Source of the DNA: Candidatus Electronema halotolerans
GTDB lineage: Bacteria; Desulfobacterota; Desulfobulbia; Desulfobulbales; Desulfobulbaceae
Length of the DNA: 32,000 nt
Direction: 5' to 3'
Assembly (NCBI GenBank): GCA_942493095.1
Contig: OW818675.1
Location: forward strand, 1,980,001 to 2,012,000
In this document: positions 7,794-16,458 of the stretch, in pieces
Position numbering within the stretch: the first letter of the stretch is position 1
Layout: every line of letters starts with the position of its first letter
The notes under the pieces: model-generated
What the model saw: the letters and a program-made list of their open reading frames with translations, nothing else
What the model was told of the DNA's origin: nothing
Database searches by the model: none
Made by a program: the position numbers and the translations under genes

Positions 7794-8375
7794 TCAGTCA
7801 GCCGCAGTCTTCATGCGTTGCGCCAACTGACGGCATTCCTCCTGAGTTATGGCAATCTCAGGATGCCCTTGCGGCAGGCTGGCGGCAAAAATCGCGGCTG
7901 CCTGCTGACAAAGCGGCTCCGCTTCGGCCAATCTGCCGACCTGCTCATAAAAGCGGGCCAGACTGCGCAGGCCAAAGCCAGTTGCTGGATTGTCTTTTCC
8001 CAAGGCCTGCTCCCAGATGCGCAGGGCTTGCTGATAGAACGACTCCGCCTCGTGGTATCGATGCTGCTCTTTGCACAAGTCTGCCAGACCAGTCAAGGCC
8101 ACGGCCACTGAAGGATGATCCGGGCCAAATATCTTCTCCCAAAGCGCGGCTGCCTGCTGATATTTTGCTTCCGCCTCCTGATAGCGGCCCTGCTTGCGCA
8201 GCTGTTCTCCCTCCTGATACAGCTTGAAAGCCACAGCAGGATGTTCTTGTCCTGCTGCTGTGGCAGGTGCGGCAGGCGCGCATGTCTCCCAAGAAACAGC
8301 GGCCAGCCAGACTGCAAACGCTGCCAGCATTATGTTTTGTCGCATCATCTCTCTCCTTGTGCTGCCATTGTTCAT
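7794..8375 (-). CDS. TPR-repeat protein (TPR_10/12, kinesin-light-chain-like repeats) with an N-terminal hydrophobic, signal-like segment
   Basis: 193 aa. The N-terminus is MMRQNIMLAAFAVWLAAVSW. Repeats follow the pattern ...YQEAEAKYQQAAALWEKIFGPDHPSVAVALTGLADL...YHEAESFYQQALRIWEQALGKDNP... Its ATG (8375..8373) overlaps the upstream TGA (8377..8375) as ATGA. Confidence 0.8.
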   Translation of the reverse strand: MNNGSTRREMMRQNIMLAAFAVWLAAVSWETCAPAAPATAAGQEHPAVAFKLYQEGEQLRKQGRYQEAEAKYQQAAALWEKIFGPDHPSVAVALTGLADLCKEQHRYHEAESFYQQALRIWEQALGKDNPATGFGLRSLARFYEQVGRLAEAEPLCQQAAAIFAASLPQGHPEIAITQEECRQLAQRMKTAAD

Positions 8376-10159
8376 CAGGAAGCGTTGCTTTCCAGAAAGC
8401 CCCAGTAGGGATAGTCGAGCTGATAGGAGGCGATCAGGCCCGGACTGTGCTCACGGCTGGCCACCAGCCAAAGGTCGTTGCACCGCTGCTCCGGCGGATC
8501 GCGGTTGAAGGGGTCCCACTGCGGCAGCAGCACCATTGCGTTGTCTGCCGAATATTCAATGTCGCCGGAACCTTTGAAGGAGCCAAGCTGGGGCTGCTGG
8601 TCGTACTGCCCGTCCTCATGCCGGGTCAGCTCGGAGATGACTAAGAACGAGGCATTGAACTGGTCCCGGAGCGATTCAAACTGCCGCAGCCAGGCATCAA
8701 TGCCGGTGCGCCGCTCGGCCAGATTCTTGAAGGGCAGCTTGTGCAGGCTGTCAATCACCACCATGATGTACTCGGAATTGGTCTCGTGGCGGAGAAAGTC
8801 AAGATGACTGCGCATCAACTCCGGGGTCAGGCGGCGGTCCGTGACCACCCGAAACCACGGCAGAAGCCGACGCAGCTCGGCCTTGCCAGCCTGCAAGCGG
8901 CGGTTCTCCTCGCTGCTGCGGGCTTGGCTTTTGATCTGCTCCACCGAGAGCCTGCTCAGGCGGCAGAGGGTGCGCTGGTAAATCTTCTGCCTGCCGTTCT
9001 CAAAGTCATAGTAAATGACCGGTATCTGGCGGCTGGCCATGTCGCTGGCCACCTGAATGAAGAAGCAGGACTTGCCTGCCTTGGGCAGGCCGCCCATGAT
9101 GTTGATGCCGTGCATGCCGCCCAAGGCCCTGTCCATTCGCGCAAAACCGGAGCGCATGGCAGCGTGGGCATCGCCGCCTTCCAAGCGGAGCTGCTCCTCA
9201 AAGTGAAGGAATTCCCGTTCCGGCGAGCTGAACGGAGAAAAAGACTTGGCCTCCCGGATCAGGCTGAACACGGCCTTCTGATAGGCATTGCCCTGCTCTA
9301 CCGCCATTTTGGTCAGGCACCAGTGCTTGGGCGCAGTGTCTGGCCAGCGGATCATCCTGACCTTGAAGCCCAGCCGTCCGGCAAATTCCCGCGCCGCAGT
9401 CTCGGATTCCGGGTTGCGGTTGACGCAGACAAACAGGGTCTTGACCCAGGCCAGCCGCTCCGCCTCCAGATGGACAAAATCAGCGGCTGAGGCCAAGGCA
9501 ATGCCGGGCAGGCCGAGCTGGCGCAGGGCCAGCAGGTTGTCCTCGCCTTCCGTGATCACCAAGCTGCCGTTTTCGCAGCGCATGATCTCCTGCATGTTGA
9601 AGATGCGGAAGCGGGGCGTGGCAAATTCCTCGTCGCCATGCCAGAAGCTGTCGTCCGGCTTGTCAGGATGGACGCAGCGGGCCGCATAGCAGTTGCCGTC
9701 CTCCTGAAAATAAGGATAGACCAAGTAGCGGCCATTGAAGCCGATCCGCATCTCGTGGAGCACTGCCTTGGAAATGCCCATTGCGGCAAAGCGGATGAGC
9801 AGATCAGCAGTCAGCTTCTCCATGAAGCCGGTGATCTCGTTGTTGATGTTCTTGGCCGGATAGTTGACCTTGGCAGCGGCATAATCGCGGTCCGGGTCAA
9901 AGCCGGGAGCAAGGCTGAGGCTGAGTTTGCTCTGGCGGGCGAACTGAAGCGGGAAGCCGCCAGGCGTGCAGCGGTGCAGGCAGCGGTAATAGCCATGAAA
10001 TTGGTTTTCCGGGCTGTTGATGACGGCCAGCAGCTTTTTGGGGCCGTCCTTGCCCTGTTCGTGGCAGAACGGACATTCGGCAGTGAGAAAGCTCTGCCTC
10101 AGCTCTGCGCCGGGCAGGTGGCGGAGATAAAAGGCAACAATTGGATCATGGCGGTGCAT
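8375..10159 (-). CDS. Zn-ribbon / TOPRIM / DnaB-C-terminal-like (RecA-fold) ATPase with T7 gp4 / Twinkle-like primase-helicase architecture
   Basis: 594 aa. Cys pairs CPFC (29-32) and CLHRC (60-64). TOPRIM glutamate in VITEGEDNLLAL (E204). The position of the TOPRIM DxD reads VCVNRNPES (N247, N249; codons 9421..9413). Walker A is GGLPKAGKS, Walker B is IMVVIDSLHKL, and the DnaB H4-like motif is KGSGDIEYSADNAMVL. Confidence 0.75.
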   Translation of the reverse strand: MHRHDPIVAFYLRHLPGAELRQSFLTAECPFCHEQGKDGPKKLLAVINSPENQFHGYYRCLHRCTPGGFPLQFARQSKLSLSLAPGFDPDRDYAAAKVNYPAKNINNEITGFMEKLTADLLIRFAAMGISKAVLHEMRIGFNGRYLVYPYFQEDGNCYAARCVHPDKPDDSFWHGDEEFATPRFRIFNMQEIMRCENGSLVITEGEDNLLALRQLGLPGIALASAADFVHLEAERLAWVKTLFVCVNRNPESETAAREFAGRLGFKVRMIRWPDTAPKHWCLTKMAVEQGNAYQKAVFSLIREAKSFSPFSSPEREFLHFEEQLRLEGGDAHAAMRSGFARMDRALGGMHGINIMGGLPKAGKSCFFIQVASDMASRQIPVIYYDFENGRQKIYQRTLCRLSRLSVEQIKSQARSSEENRRLQAGKAELRRLLPWFRVVTDRRLTPELMRSHLDFLRHETNSEYIMVVIDSLHKLPFKNLAERRTGIDAWLRQFESLRDQFNASFLVISELTRHEDGQYDQQPQLGSFKGSGDIEYSADNAMVLLPQWDPFNRDPPEQRCNDLWLVASREHSPGLIASYQLDYPYWGFLESNAS

Positions 10160-10180
10160 GGCAGCTCCTCAGCGGCCTGT

Positions 10181-11080
10181 TCAGCCGGGTTTGCCAAGAA
10201 GATGGCGCAAGGCTGGTTCGAGTTCCGGCTCCTGAAAGACATAGCCAGTGTCAAGTAGCTGGCGCGGCTGCGCTTTTGCGCTGGCCAAAAGCAGCTCCTC
10301 AGCCATTTCACCGAGCAGCAGGCGGAGCAGCAGGCGCGGCACAGGCAGCAAGGCCGGGCGGCGGAGCACTGCGGCCAGCGTCCGGGTGAAATTACGGTTG
10401 CTGACCGGGCCGGGCGAAACCGCGTTGATTGGGCCGCGCAGTTCCTCGTGCCGGAGGATATGGCTGATGATGCCCGGCAGCTCGCGCAGGCTGATCCAGC
10501 TCATCCACTGCCTGCCGCTGCCAATCACGCCGCCTAATCCCATTGTAAAGGACGGCAGCATTTTTGCCAAGGCTCCGCCTGCCGGACTGAGAACAATGCC
10601 AAAGCGGAGCTGGACCGTGCGGATGCCTACGGCTGCGGCTGGCTGAATCGCCGCCTCCCATTCTTGGGCCACTTGCGCGAGAAAACCTGTGCCTGCCGGA
10701 CTGGCTTCGGTCAGCACCTCGTCACCCCGGTCGCCGTAAAAGCCAATGGCTGAAGCGGAGATCAGCACCTTGGGCTTCTGCTTGGCAGCGGCGAAGAATT
10801 TGGCCAGCAGGCTTGCGCTTTCCACCCGGCTCTGCCGGATGCGCTTCTTGCGGGCGGCAGTCCAGCGGCCTGCGGCAATGTTTTCTCCAGCCAAATTGAT
10901 GACCGCGTCAATCGGGCCGCAGTCGCCCAGTTCGATGATGTTCCGGTCAATGTCCCAGAACGGGGCAGTCTGGCTCTTGCGGCGCAGAGGCAGCACCCGG
11001 TGTCCGGCGGCGGACAGGGTGCGCGTCAGCTCGCGGCCCACCAAGCCGGATGCGCCAGTGATGAGGATGGTTTGTGTCAT
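10181..11080 (-). CDS. TIGR01777-family NAD-dependent epimerase-like oxidoreductase (YfcH / SDR39U1-like with DUF1731 C-terminus)
   Basis: 299 aa. Begins MTQTILITGASGLVGRELTRTL (Rossmann GxxGxxG), then ...VINLAGENIAAGRWTAARKKRIRQSRV...FYGDRGDE... ATG 11080 overlaps the upstream stop as ATGA (11077..11080). Confidence 0.8.
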   Translation of the reverse strand: MTQTILITGASGLVGRELTRTLSAAGHRVLPLRRKSQTAPFWDIDRNIIELGDCGPIDAVINLAGENIAAGRWTAARKKRIRQSRVESASLLAKFFAAAKQKPKVLISASAIGFYGDRGDEVLTEASPAGTGFLAQVAQEWEAAIQPAAAVGIRTVQLRFGIVLSPAGGALAKMLPSFTMGLGGVIGSGRQWMSWISLRELPGIISHILRHEELRGPINAVSPGPVSNRNFTRTLAAVLRRPALLPVPRLLLRLLLGEMAEELLLASAKAQPRQLLDTGYVFQEPELEPALRHLLGKPG

Positions 11081-11931
11081 GATTTCAAGAGAGCAGAAGC
11101 TGGATTATTTGAGCCGAACCCTTTGGCTCCGCTCAGGGTATGCACATCAAAGCGCACAGTTTTTCCGGTCAAGAAATGCGAGGGCTGGCGGCCAGCGAGA
11201 AAGGGTGCCCAGACAGGCCGCTTGATTGCCACCCGCTGACTGACCGCCAAGGCCGCTGTGAGCAGCTCTTTTTCCGTTTCCGGGTTGTCAGGAGCGGCCA
11301 AGAGCTGGAGAAACTGCGCCTCCTTTTTCACCAAAGCGGATTTTCGCCGTTCCGGGAACATGGGATCAAGATAAATCACCTCCGCCCGTTGGCCATTGAC
11401 CCGCATTTTCTGCAAAACAGCAATTGCGTCGCCGACTGTCAGGCGGATGCGGGCGGCAATTTCCGCAGTTTCCGGGCAAAGACTGGCCTGTTTCAGGCCG
11501 TCAGCCAGCAAAGCGGCCAGCACTGGCTCCCGCTCAACAATCCGCACCTGACAACCTGCCGCAGCAAGGAGAAAGCTGTCCCGGCCCAAGCCGCCTGTGG
11601 CATCAAGCACAGCAGGCCGGACAGTTCCTTTGCAGCCGACCGCCCGCAGCAGCAGTTCCCGGCCCGGCTGCCGCCGCCGGAAGTCAAGTGCTCCGGCAGT
11701 GAAATCCACCCGCAGCGGCCTGCGCAGATGGGGATCATCCAGCTTGAGCAGCTCCAGTCCTGCCTGCGTGAGCCGAAGGAGCAGGCCGGGCTGTTGCCCT
11801 GATTCCGCCAATGGCAGGCCAAGCCTATTCGCCAGCTCTGCCGCTGCTTCGGCCAAGGCTGGCTCAGTCCATGTCACTGCCAGCACTGAAGCGCAATCGG
11901 ACAGAGCAGACTTTGCTGGTTGATATTTCAT
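11077..11931 (-). CDS. rsmJ: 16S rRNA (guanine1516-N2)-methyltransferase RsmJ (YhiQ family)
   Basis: Motifs VLDATGGLGRDSFLLAAAGCQVRIVEREPVLAALLADGL, VIYLDPMFPERRKSALVKKE and RVAIKRP match E. coli RsmJ blocks. The start is placed at ATG 11931 (MKYQ...); the track's ATG 12006 would add 25 non-conserved residues. Confidence 0.8.
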   Translation of the reverse strand: MKYQPAKSALSDCASVLAVTWTEPALAEAAAELANRLGLPLAESGQQPGLLLRLTQAGLELLKLDDPHLRRPLRVDFTAGALDFRRRQPGRELLLRAVGCKGTVRPAVLDATGGLGRDSFLLAAAGCQVRIVEREPVLAALLADGLKQASLCPETAEIAARIRLTVGDAIAVLQKMRVNGQRAEVIYLDPMFPERRKSALVKKEAQFLQLLAAPDNPETEKELLTAALAVSQRVAIKRPVWAPFLAGRQPSHFLTGKTVRFDVHTLSGAKGFGSNNPASALLKS

Positions 11932-12041
11932 GACGCACGATGTAACATGAGAACATTTTCTGCAAGAGAAAAAGAGACCAAGGGCGGCAGGCGTGGCCCT
12001 GATCATCCATCATACTTTTTTTGCTGGCCCAGAACAAACAA

Positions 12042-12803
12042 ATGAACACCATGCCGCCGAGCGTGGTCGCGATTATTCCGGCCCGCTGGCAGTCAAACCG
12101 CTTTCCCGGCAAGCCGCTGGCTCTGATTGCAGGCAAGCCGATGATTCAGCATGTGATGGAGCGGGCTTGGCAGGTGCCGCTGCTCTCCCGCGTGGCCGTG
12201 GCCACGGACGACCAGCGCATTGCTGAGGCGGTCGCTGCCTTTGGCGGCGAGGCTGTGCTGACCCGGAGCGATCATGTCTCCGGCACAGACCGGCTGGCTG
12301 AGGCTGCCGAGCTGCTTGGCATTGCCGAGCAGGACGTGGTGGTCAATATCCAAGGCGACCAGCCGCTTTTTGCCGCAGAGGTGATTGAGCAGGCCGCCCG
12401 CCCGCTTTTGGAAGACCCGGCCCTGCCCATGTCCACCTTGATTTACAAGATCATCAGGCCCGAGGAAATCACGGATACAAACCACGTCAAAACCGTTTTT
12501 GACCGTAACGGCAACGCGCTGTACTTTTCCCGCTCGCCGATTCCCTTTCAGCGCAGCCCGGAAGAGGCGGTCAAGCCGACCTATTATAAACACTTGGGCT
12601 TTTACGCCTACCGCAAAGGCTTTCTCCTCACCTTTGTCGCCCTGCCGGAAGGCGAATGGGAACGCTTTGAGAAATTGGAGCAGCTGCGGGCCTTGGAATA
12701 CGGCTATCAGATTAAAGCAGTGCTGACTGAGCACGACTCCATTGAGGTTGACACGCCGCAGGATTTGCTGCGGGTTGAGGCGGAATTGTTGAAAAAATTG
12801 TAG
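12042..12803 (+). CDS. kdsB: 3-deoxy-manno-octulosonate cytidylyltransferase (CMP-KDO synthetase)
   Basis: Motifs VVAIIPARWQSNRFPGKPLALIAGKPMIQHV, NIQGDQPL and YKHLGFYAYRKGFL. The track ORF opens at TTG 12021. ATG 12042 or 12051 fits the usual short N-terminus better. Confidence 0.85.
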   Translation: MNTMPPSVVAIIPARWQSNRFPGKPLALIAGKPMIQHVMERAWQVPLLSRVAVATDDQRIAEAVAAFGGEAVLTRSDHVSGTDRLAEAAELLGIAEQDVVVNIQGDQPLFAAEVIEQAARPLLEDPALPMSTLIYKIIRPEEITDTNHVKTVFDRNGNALYFSRSPIPFQRSPEEAVKPTYYKHLGFYAYRKGFLLTFVALPEGEWERFEKLEQLRALEYGYQIKAVLTEHDSIEVDTPQDLLRVEAELLKKL

Positions 12804-12846
12804 GGGGCAGGCCCCCGTGCCTGGCCTGTCACATTACCAATTCGTA

Positions 12847-12874
12847 GTAGGGGCGGTTCATGAACCGCCCCTAC
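12847..12874. repeat. REP-like perfect 28-nt palindrome GTAGGGGCGGTTCATGAACCGCCCCTAC
   Basis: Read directly. The two 14-nt arms are exact reverse complements, and the tips are GTAG/CTAC. It lies 16 nt upstream of the mdh ATG. A related GC hairpin GGGGG-cagg-CCCCC sits at 12803..12816, right at the kdsB stop. Confidence 0.8.
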
Positions 12875-12890
12875 AGTTCCACACCATGCG

Positions 12891-13817
12891 ATGAACAAAA
12901 AAATAACCATCATCGGCTCCGGCAACGTCGGGGCCGCCGCTGCGCACTGGGCCTTGACCCGTCGTCTGGGCAACATCGTCCTCTTGGATGTCATGGAAGG
13001 CATCCCGCAGGGCAAAGCCTTGGATTTATGGCAGGCCGGGCCGCTGGACGGCTTTGCGGGCACAGTCATTGGCAGCAACGACTATGCGGATTCGGCTGAT
13101 TCAGACGTGGTGATCATCACCGCAGGCTTGGCGCGCAAGCCCGGCATGTCCCGCGACGACCTGCTGGCCAAAAACGTGGCCATTGTCAAGAGTTGCGCCG
13201 AGCAGGCGGTGCGTCATTCGCCGAACTGCTTCATGATCGTGGTCACCAATCCGATTGACGCGATGGTCTATACGGCCTTCAAAGCCTCCGGCCTGCCCAA
13301 GCAGCGGATCATCGGCATGGCTGGCGTGCTTGACTCGGCTCGCTATCGCACTTTCATAGCCAACGCTCTCGGAGTGGCGCCAGCAGATGTCAGCGCGATG
13401 GTGATGGGCATTCACGGCGACAAGATGCTGCCCTTGGTGCGGCTGGCCAATGTGGCCGGCGTGCCGGTCAGCGACCTGCTTGCTGCGGAGCAAATCGCGG
13501 CGATTGTTCATCGCACCCAGCACGGCGGCGGCGAGATTGTCAATCACCTGAAAACCGGCAGCGCCTTCTGCACGCCGGGCTTGGCGGCAGTGGAAATGGC
13601 CGAGGCCGTGCTGACTGACAGCAGGCGGGTCATGCCCTGCGCGGCTTGGCTGGAAGGCGAATTCGGCATCTCCGGCTGCTTCCTTGGCGTGCCCGTGGTG
13701 CTGGGCGCGCAGGGTGTGGAGCGCATCCTTGAGTTCCGGCTCACCGACGAAGAACGGCAGGCCCTTGGCGAATCGGTCGAAGCGGTGCGCCAGCAGATGC
13801 AGGAGACGGGTCTGTAA
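12891..13817 (+). CDS. mdh: Malate dehydrogenase (LDH-like, NAD-dependent)
   Basis: 308 aa. Begins KITIIGSGNVGAAAA (Rossmann fold), then VVIITAGLARKPGMSRDDLL, VVTNPIDAM, GVLDSARYRTF and GIHGDKMLP. Confidence 0.9.
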   Translation: MNKKITIIGSGNVGAAAAHWALTRRLGNIVLLDVMEGIPQGKALDLWQAGPLDGFAGTVIGSNDYADSADSDVVIITAGLARKPGMSRDDLLAKNVAIVKSCAEQAVRHSPNCFMIVVTNPIDAMVYTAFKASGLPKQRIIGMAGVLDSARYRTFIANALGVAPADVSAMVMGIHGDKMLPLVRLANVAGVPVSDLLAAEQIAAIVHRTQHGGGEIVNHLKTGSAFCTPGLAAVEMAEAVLTDSRRVMPCAAWLEGEFGISGCFLGVPVVLGAQGVERILEFRLTDEERQALGESVEAVRQQMQETGL

Positions 13818-13820
13818 CCT

Positions 13821-13848
13821 GTGGGGGCAATTCATGAATTGCCCCTAC
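13821..13848. repeat. Second REP-like 28-nt palindrome GTGGGGGCAATTCATGAATTGCCCCTAC
   Basis: It lies 3 nt after the mdh stop. It has the same length, the same TTCATGAA centre and the same CCCCTAC end as 12847..12874. GG>AA in one arm is matched by CC>TT in the other (compensatory change). One G.T position remains. Confidence 0.8.
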
Positions 13849-14046
13849 GGAGGAACGCATCGCCGGACACGCAAAACGTCTCGTCGGACACATTGAACGT
13901 ATCCTTCTTATACGTTCAACCGCTCTTTTGATGCGATGAACACAGCTGCGGAGCGGAAAAACCTGTCCAAGCCATGCTTCATCGTGTTGCCGGAAAGGAA
14001 GAGCAGCTCGCCAGACAGGAAAAATCACTGAACTATTGGATCAATC

Positions 14047-16389
14047 ATGGCGGACAAGACGATCAGCTCTTTGCAGGAAGTGCTGCGGAGACTCACAGAA
14101 AAACGATTTGCTCCTCTTGATTTTCTCAGCGCAGGCAGCCTGACCGAGCGCGCCCTTGCCTTGGCCTTGGGTGACAAGCCGCCATTGATGCCGGACACGG
14201 ACTGCGGTAGGGAATGGGAGAAGCTGGCGCAAGGGCTGCGCAGCTTTGAGGTGCGCGGACTGCGGGCAGTGGCCTTGGGCGGCGGCACTGGTCTGTCACG
14301 GATTGCAGGCGGTGACTCGCGGCGGCCTGAGTGGCGGGATCAGCCCTTCACCGGCCTCAAGGAAATCTTTCCCAATCTCACCAGCATCGTCTGCGTCACT
14401 GACGACGGCGGCTCCACCGGCGAGATGCTCAAGGACTTTCCTCTGATCAGTCTTGGCGACATCCGTCATGTTCTGCTCTCTTCCGTGCGCAGTTCCGGGC
14501 TGCAGGAGCTGTATCATTTAGATGAGGACAAGGCGGCCCAAGCTGCTGCGGTGCTGCACAGTCTGTTCAATTTCCGCTTCAGCCTGCCGCCAGACTCGCC
14601 GGAACAGCTTTGGAAGCAGAGCGGAGCCACCCCGGAACAGCTGCCTGCGCCCTTGGCGGGCGGTCTTTCTGATCTGATGCGGCGGCTGTTCAGCGACCAG
14701 CGGCTGAAGACCTCGCTGCAACGGTCTCAGTGTCTTGGCAATCTGCTGATCGCCGCTGCTGTCTATAGCAAGCTGCCTGCTTTTTTCCGCATCGCCGAGC
14801 TGATCGCCAATCAGAAACGGCTTCAGGCCGCGACCTTGGAAGGAATCAGCGACTTGGCCCATCTTATCGGCGCAGGCAGGAATGCCGTGCTGCCCTGCAC
14901 GCTCACCTCAGCCCAGCTCCAAGTGCTCTATGCCAACGGGGTGCAGGTCACAGGCGAATCCAAGGCCGGGGCAGCGGAACGCGGCTGGCCTGTCGAACGG
15001 GTCAGTGTCCGCTTCTGCGAGGAGCCGCACTTGCCGGAACAGGCGGCTGAAGCATTGCAGAAAGCGGATATCATCATTTTCGCGCCCGGCAGTCTCTACA
15101 CCTCCATCATTCCCATCCTGCAAGTGCCCGGTCTGGCTGATCTGATCCGCAGCAACAAAAAAGCACTCAAGCTGCTGATCGGCAATATCTGGGTGCAGGA
15201 GGGCGAGACCGATGCCACGCTTGATGTCCCGGACAAACGCTTCCATGTTTCTGATCTGATCCGGGCGTATGACGGCAACATTCCCGGCGGCACCCAAGAC
15301 CTGTTCTCTCATGTTCTGGTCTTGGACATGACAGATGTTCCCGGTTCAGTGCTTCAGAACTATGCCTTGGAGAAAAAAGAGCCGATTTATGTGGACAGCA
15401 CCAAGGTGCGCCAGCTCCACTTTGAGCCAGTCCAAGCCCGCATCTTTTCGCAGGACCTGCTGCGGAAGGAGCAGACCGTCCAGCACGATCCTGCCGCCCT
15501 TGCCGCTGCTGTCCGCTGCCTCTGCGGCCTGCGGGCCTGCGGCTTTCTCGATGTCCAGCCGCCGCCGACCGTGCGGATAACCCAGGAGCCGCTGCCGGTG
15601 AGCGTCTGCCCGGACCGGCTTCTGCCCTGCATCCGCTATGAGGAGATCAGCAGGATTGTCCGCACCCTGTCCTTCCGTCAGTTCAATCTGCTTTCTGATC
15701 AGGCCAATGACATGGAGCCGGAGGAACGCGAGCAGTTAGCCGCAGCAGTAATTGAGATACTCTGGCGGCATCCTGACATCCGCCCTGATCACCTCCGGGC
15801 CGTGCAGGGACTCAGCCTGATCAGCACGGCCCGCTGGAGCCGCTGCCAGCAGTGGGACAGCATTTTCTCCTTTTATGACCCAGAAGACGGCTGCCTGAAA
15901 ATCCGCCAAGATCAGATTGAGGAGCAGAATCTTTTGGAGATGCCGCTCTTAGTCGCCTTGGGCCAGTCCCTGCTCGGCAACTACTGTCAGGAAAAGCAGA
16001 TCGAGCCGGTGCTCTTCCAAAACCAGCAGGTGGGCCGAATCTATTGGCTCACAGTCCGGGAGCGGCAGGAACTGAACGGCTTTCTTTCTTCCGAGGAATT
16101 GGACGAATTTCTCCAACTGGCCCAGCTGACCCGCCTGGCACGGCAGCGGCGGCTCTATGCCCGCACGGTCAACGGCGAGGAGGGCTTCATGCCGCCCGGC
16201 CTGCTCTTTGGCCAGCTCTTCGCTTGGTATTTGGACAACCGTTTTGCCCTCAATCTTGACCAGGCAATGATGCCGCCCTTGAAAAACGAAGCTGCCGGGC
16301 TGGTCGTCAAACAGACTGAGACCGCCCGCAGGCAGGAAAAGCTGATCACTTTTTTCCGCGAGCGTGTTTTTCGGGCCAGAAAGGTCTGA
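14047..16389 (+). CDS. Large YvcK / CofD (UPF0052, gluconeogenesis-factor) family protein with insertions and a ~300-aa C-terminal extension
   Basis: 780 aa. Family motifs are ALGGGTGLS, VTDDGGSTGEMLKDFPLISLGDIRHVL and IIIFAPGSLYTSIIPILQVPGLADLI. The remainder is unassigned. Confidence 0.75.
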   Translation: MADKTISSLQEVLRRLTEKRFAPLDFLSAGSLTERALALALGDKPPLMPDTDCGREWEKLAQGLRSFEVRGLRAVALGGGTGLSRIAGGDSRRPEWRDQPFTGLKEIFPNLTSIVCVTDDGGSTGEMLKDFPLISLGDIRHVLLSSVRSSGLQELYHLDEDKAAQAAAVLHSLFNFRFSLPPDSPEQLWKQSGATPEQLPAPLAGGLSDLMRRLFSDQRLKTSLQRSQCLGNLLIAAAVYSKLPAFFRIAELIANQKRLQAATLEGISDLAHLIGAGRNAVLPCTLTSAQLQVLYANGVQVTGESKAGAAERGWPVERVSVRFCEEPHLPEQAAEALQKADIIIFAPGSLYTSIIPILQVPGLADLIRSNKKALKLLIGNIWVQEGETDATLDVPDKRFHVSDLIRAYDGNIPGGTQDLFSHVLVLDMTDVPGSVLQNYALEKKEPIYVDSTKVRQLHFEPVQARIFSQDLLRKEQTVQHDPAALAAAVRCLCGLRACGFLDVQPPPTVRITQEPLPVSVCPDRLLPCIRYEEISRIVRTLSFRQFNLLSDQANDMEPEEREQLAAAVIEILWRHPDIRPDHLRAVQGLSLISTARWSRCQQWDSIFSFYDPEDGCLKIRQDQIEEQNLLEMPLLVALGQSLLGNYCQEKQIEPVLFQNQQVGRIYWLTVRERQELNGFLSSEELDEFLQLAQLTRLARQRRLYARTVNGEEGFMPPGLLFGQLFAWYLDNRFALNLDQAMMPPLKNEAAGLVVKQTETARRQEKLITFFRERVFRARKV

Positions 16390-16458
16390 AAAATGCGGTA
16401 TAATAAACAAGGACTATGGAGCTGGACACACTGCCGCCGGGAGAGGAGAGGGGCTGAG

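Noticed and set aside
7273-8111. Plus-strand ORFs 7273..7830 and 7566..8111 spanning the island boundary
   Set aside because: They cross the methyltransferase 5' end, the terminator and the TPR gene in antisense. Their composition is typical of shadow frames.
8741-10258. Plus-strand ORFs 8741..9490 (249 aa) and 9638..10258 (206 aa)
   Set aside because: They are antisense to the gp4-like gene, which has clear Walker and TOPRIM motifs. They are Ala/Gly/Leu/Arg-rich shadow frames.
12860-13099. 79-aa ORF starting at the ATG in the centre of the REP-like palindrome
   Set aside because: The ATG belongs to the palindrome core TTCATGAA. The ORF is out of frame over the mdh 5' region.
11140-13835. 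Antisense ORFs 11140..11802 (+), 12093..12734 (-) and 13101..13835 (-)
   Set aside because: They lie opposite rsmJ, kdsB and mdh respectively, all of which have strong family motifs.
16399-16404. TATAAT upstream of the receiver gene, considered as a promoter
   Set aside because: There is no recognisable -35 or TGn extension at the correct spacing, which is too weak to call.
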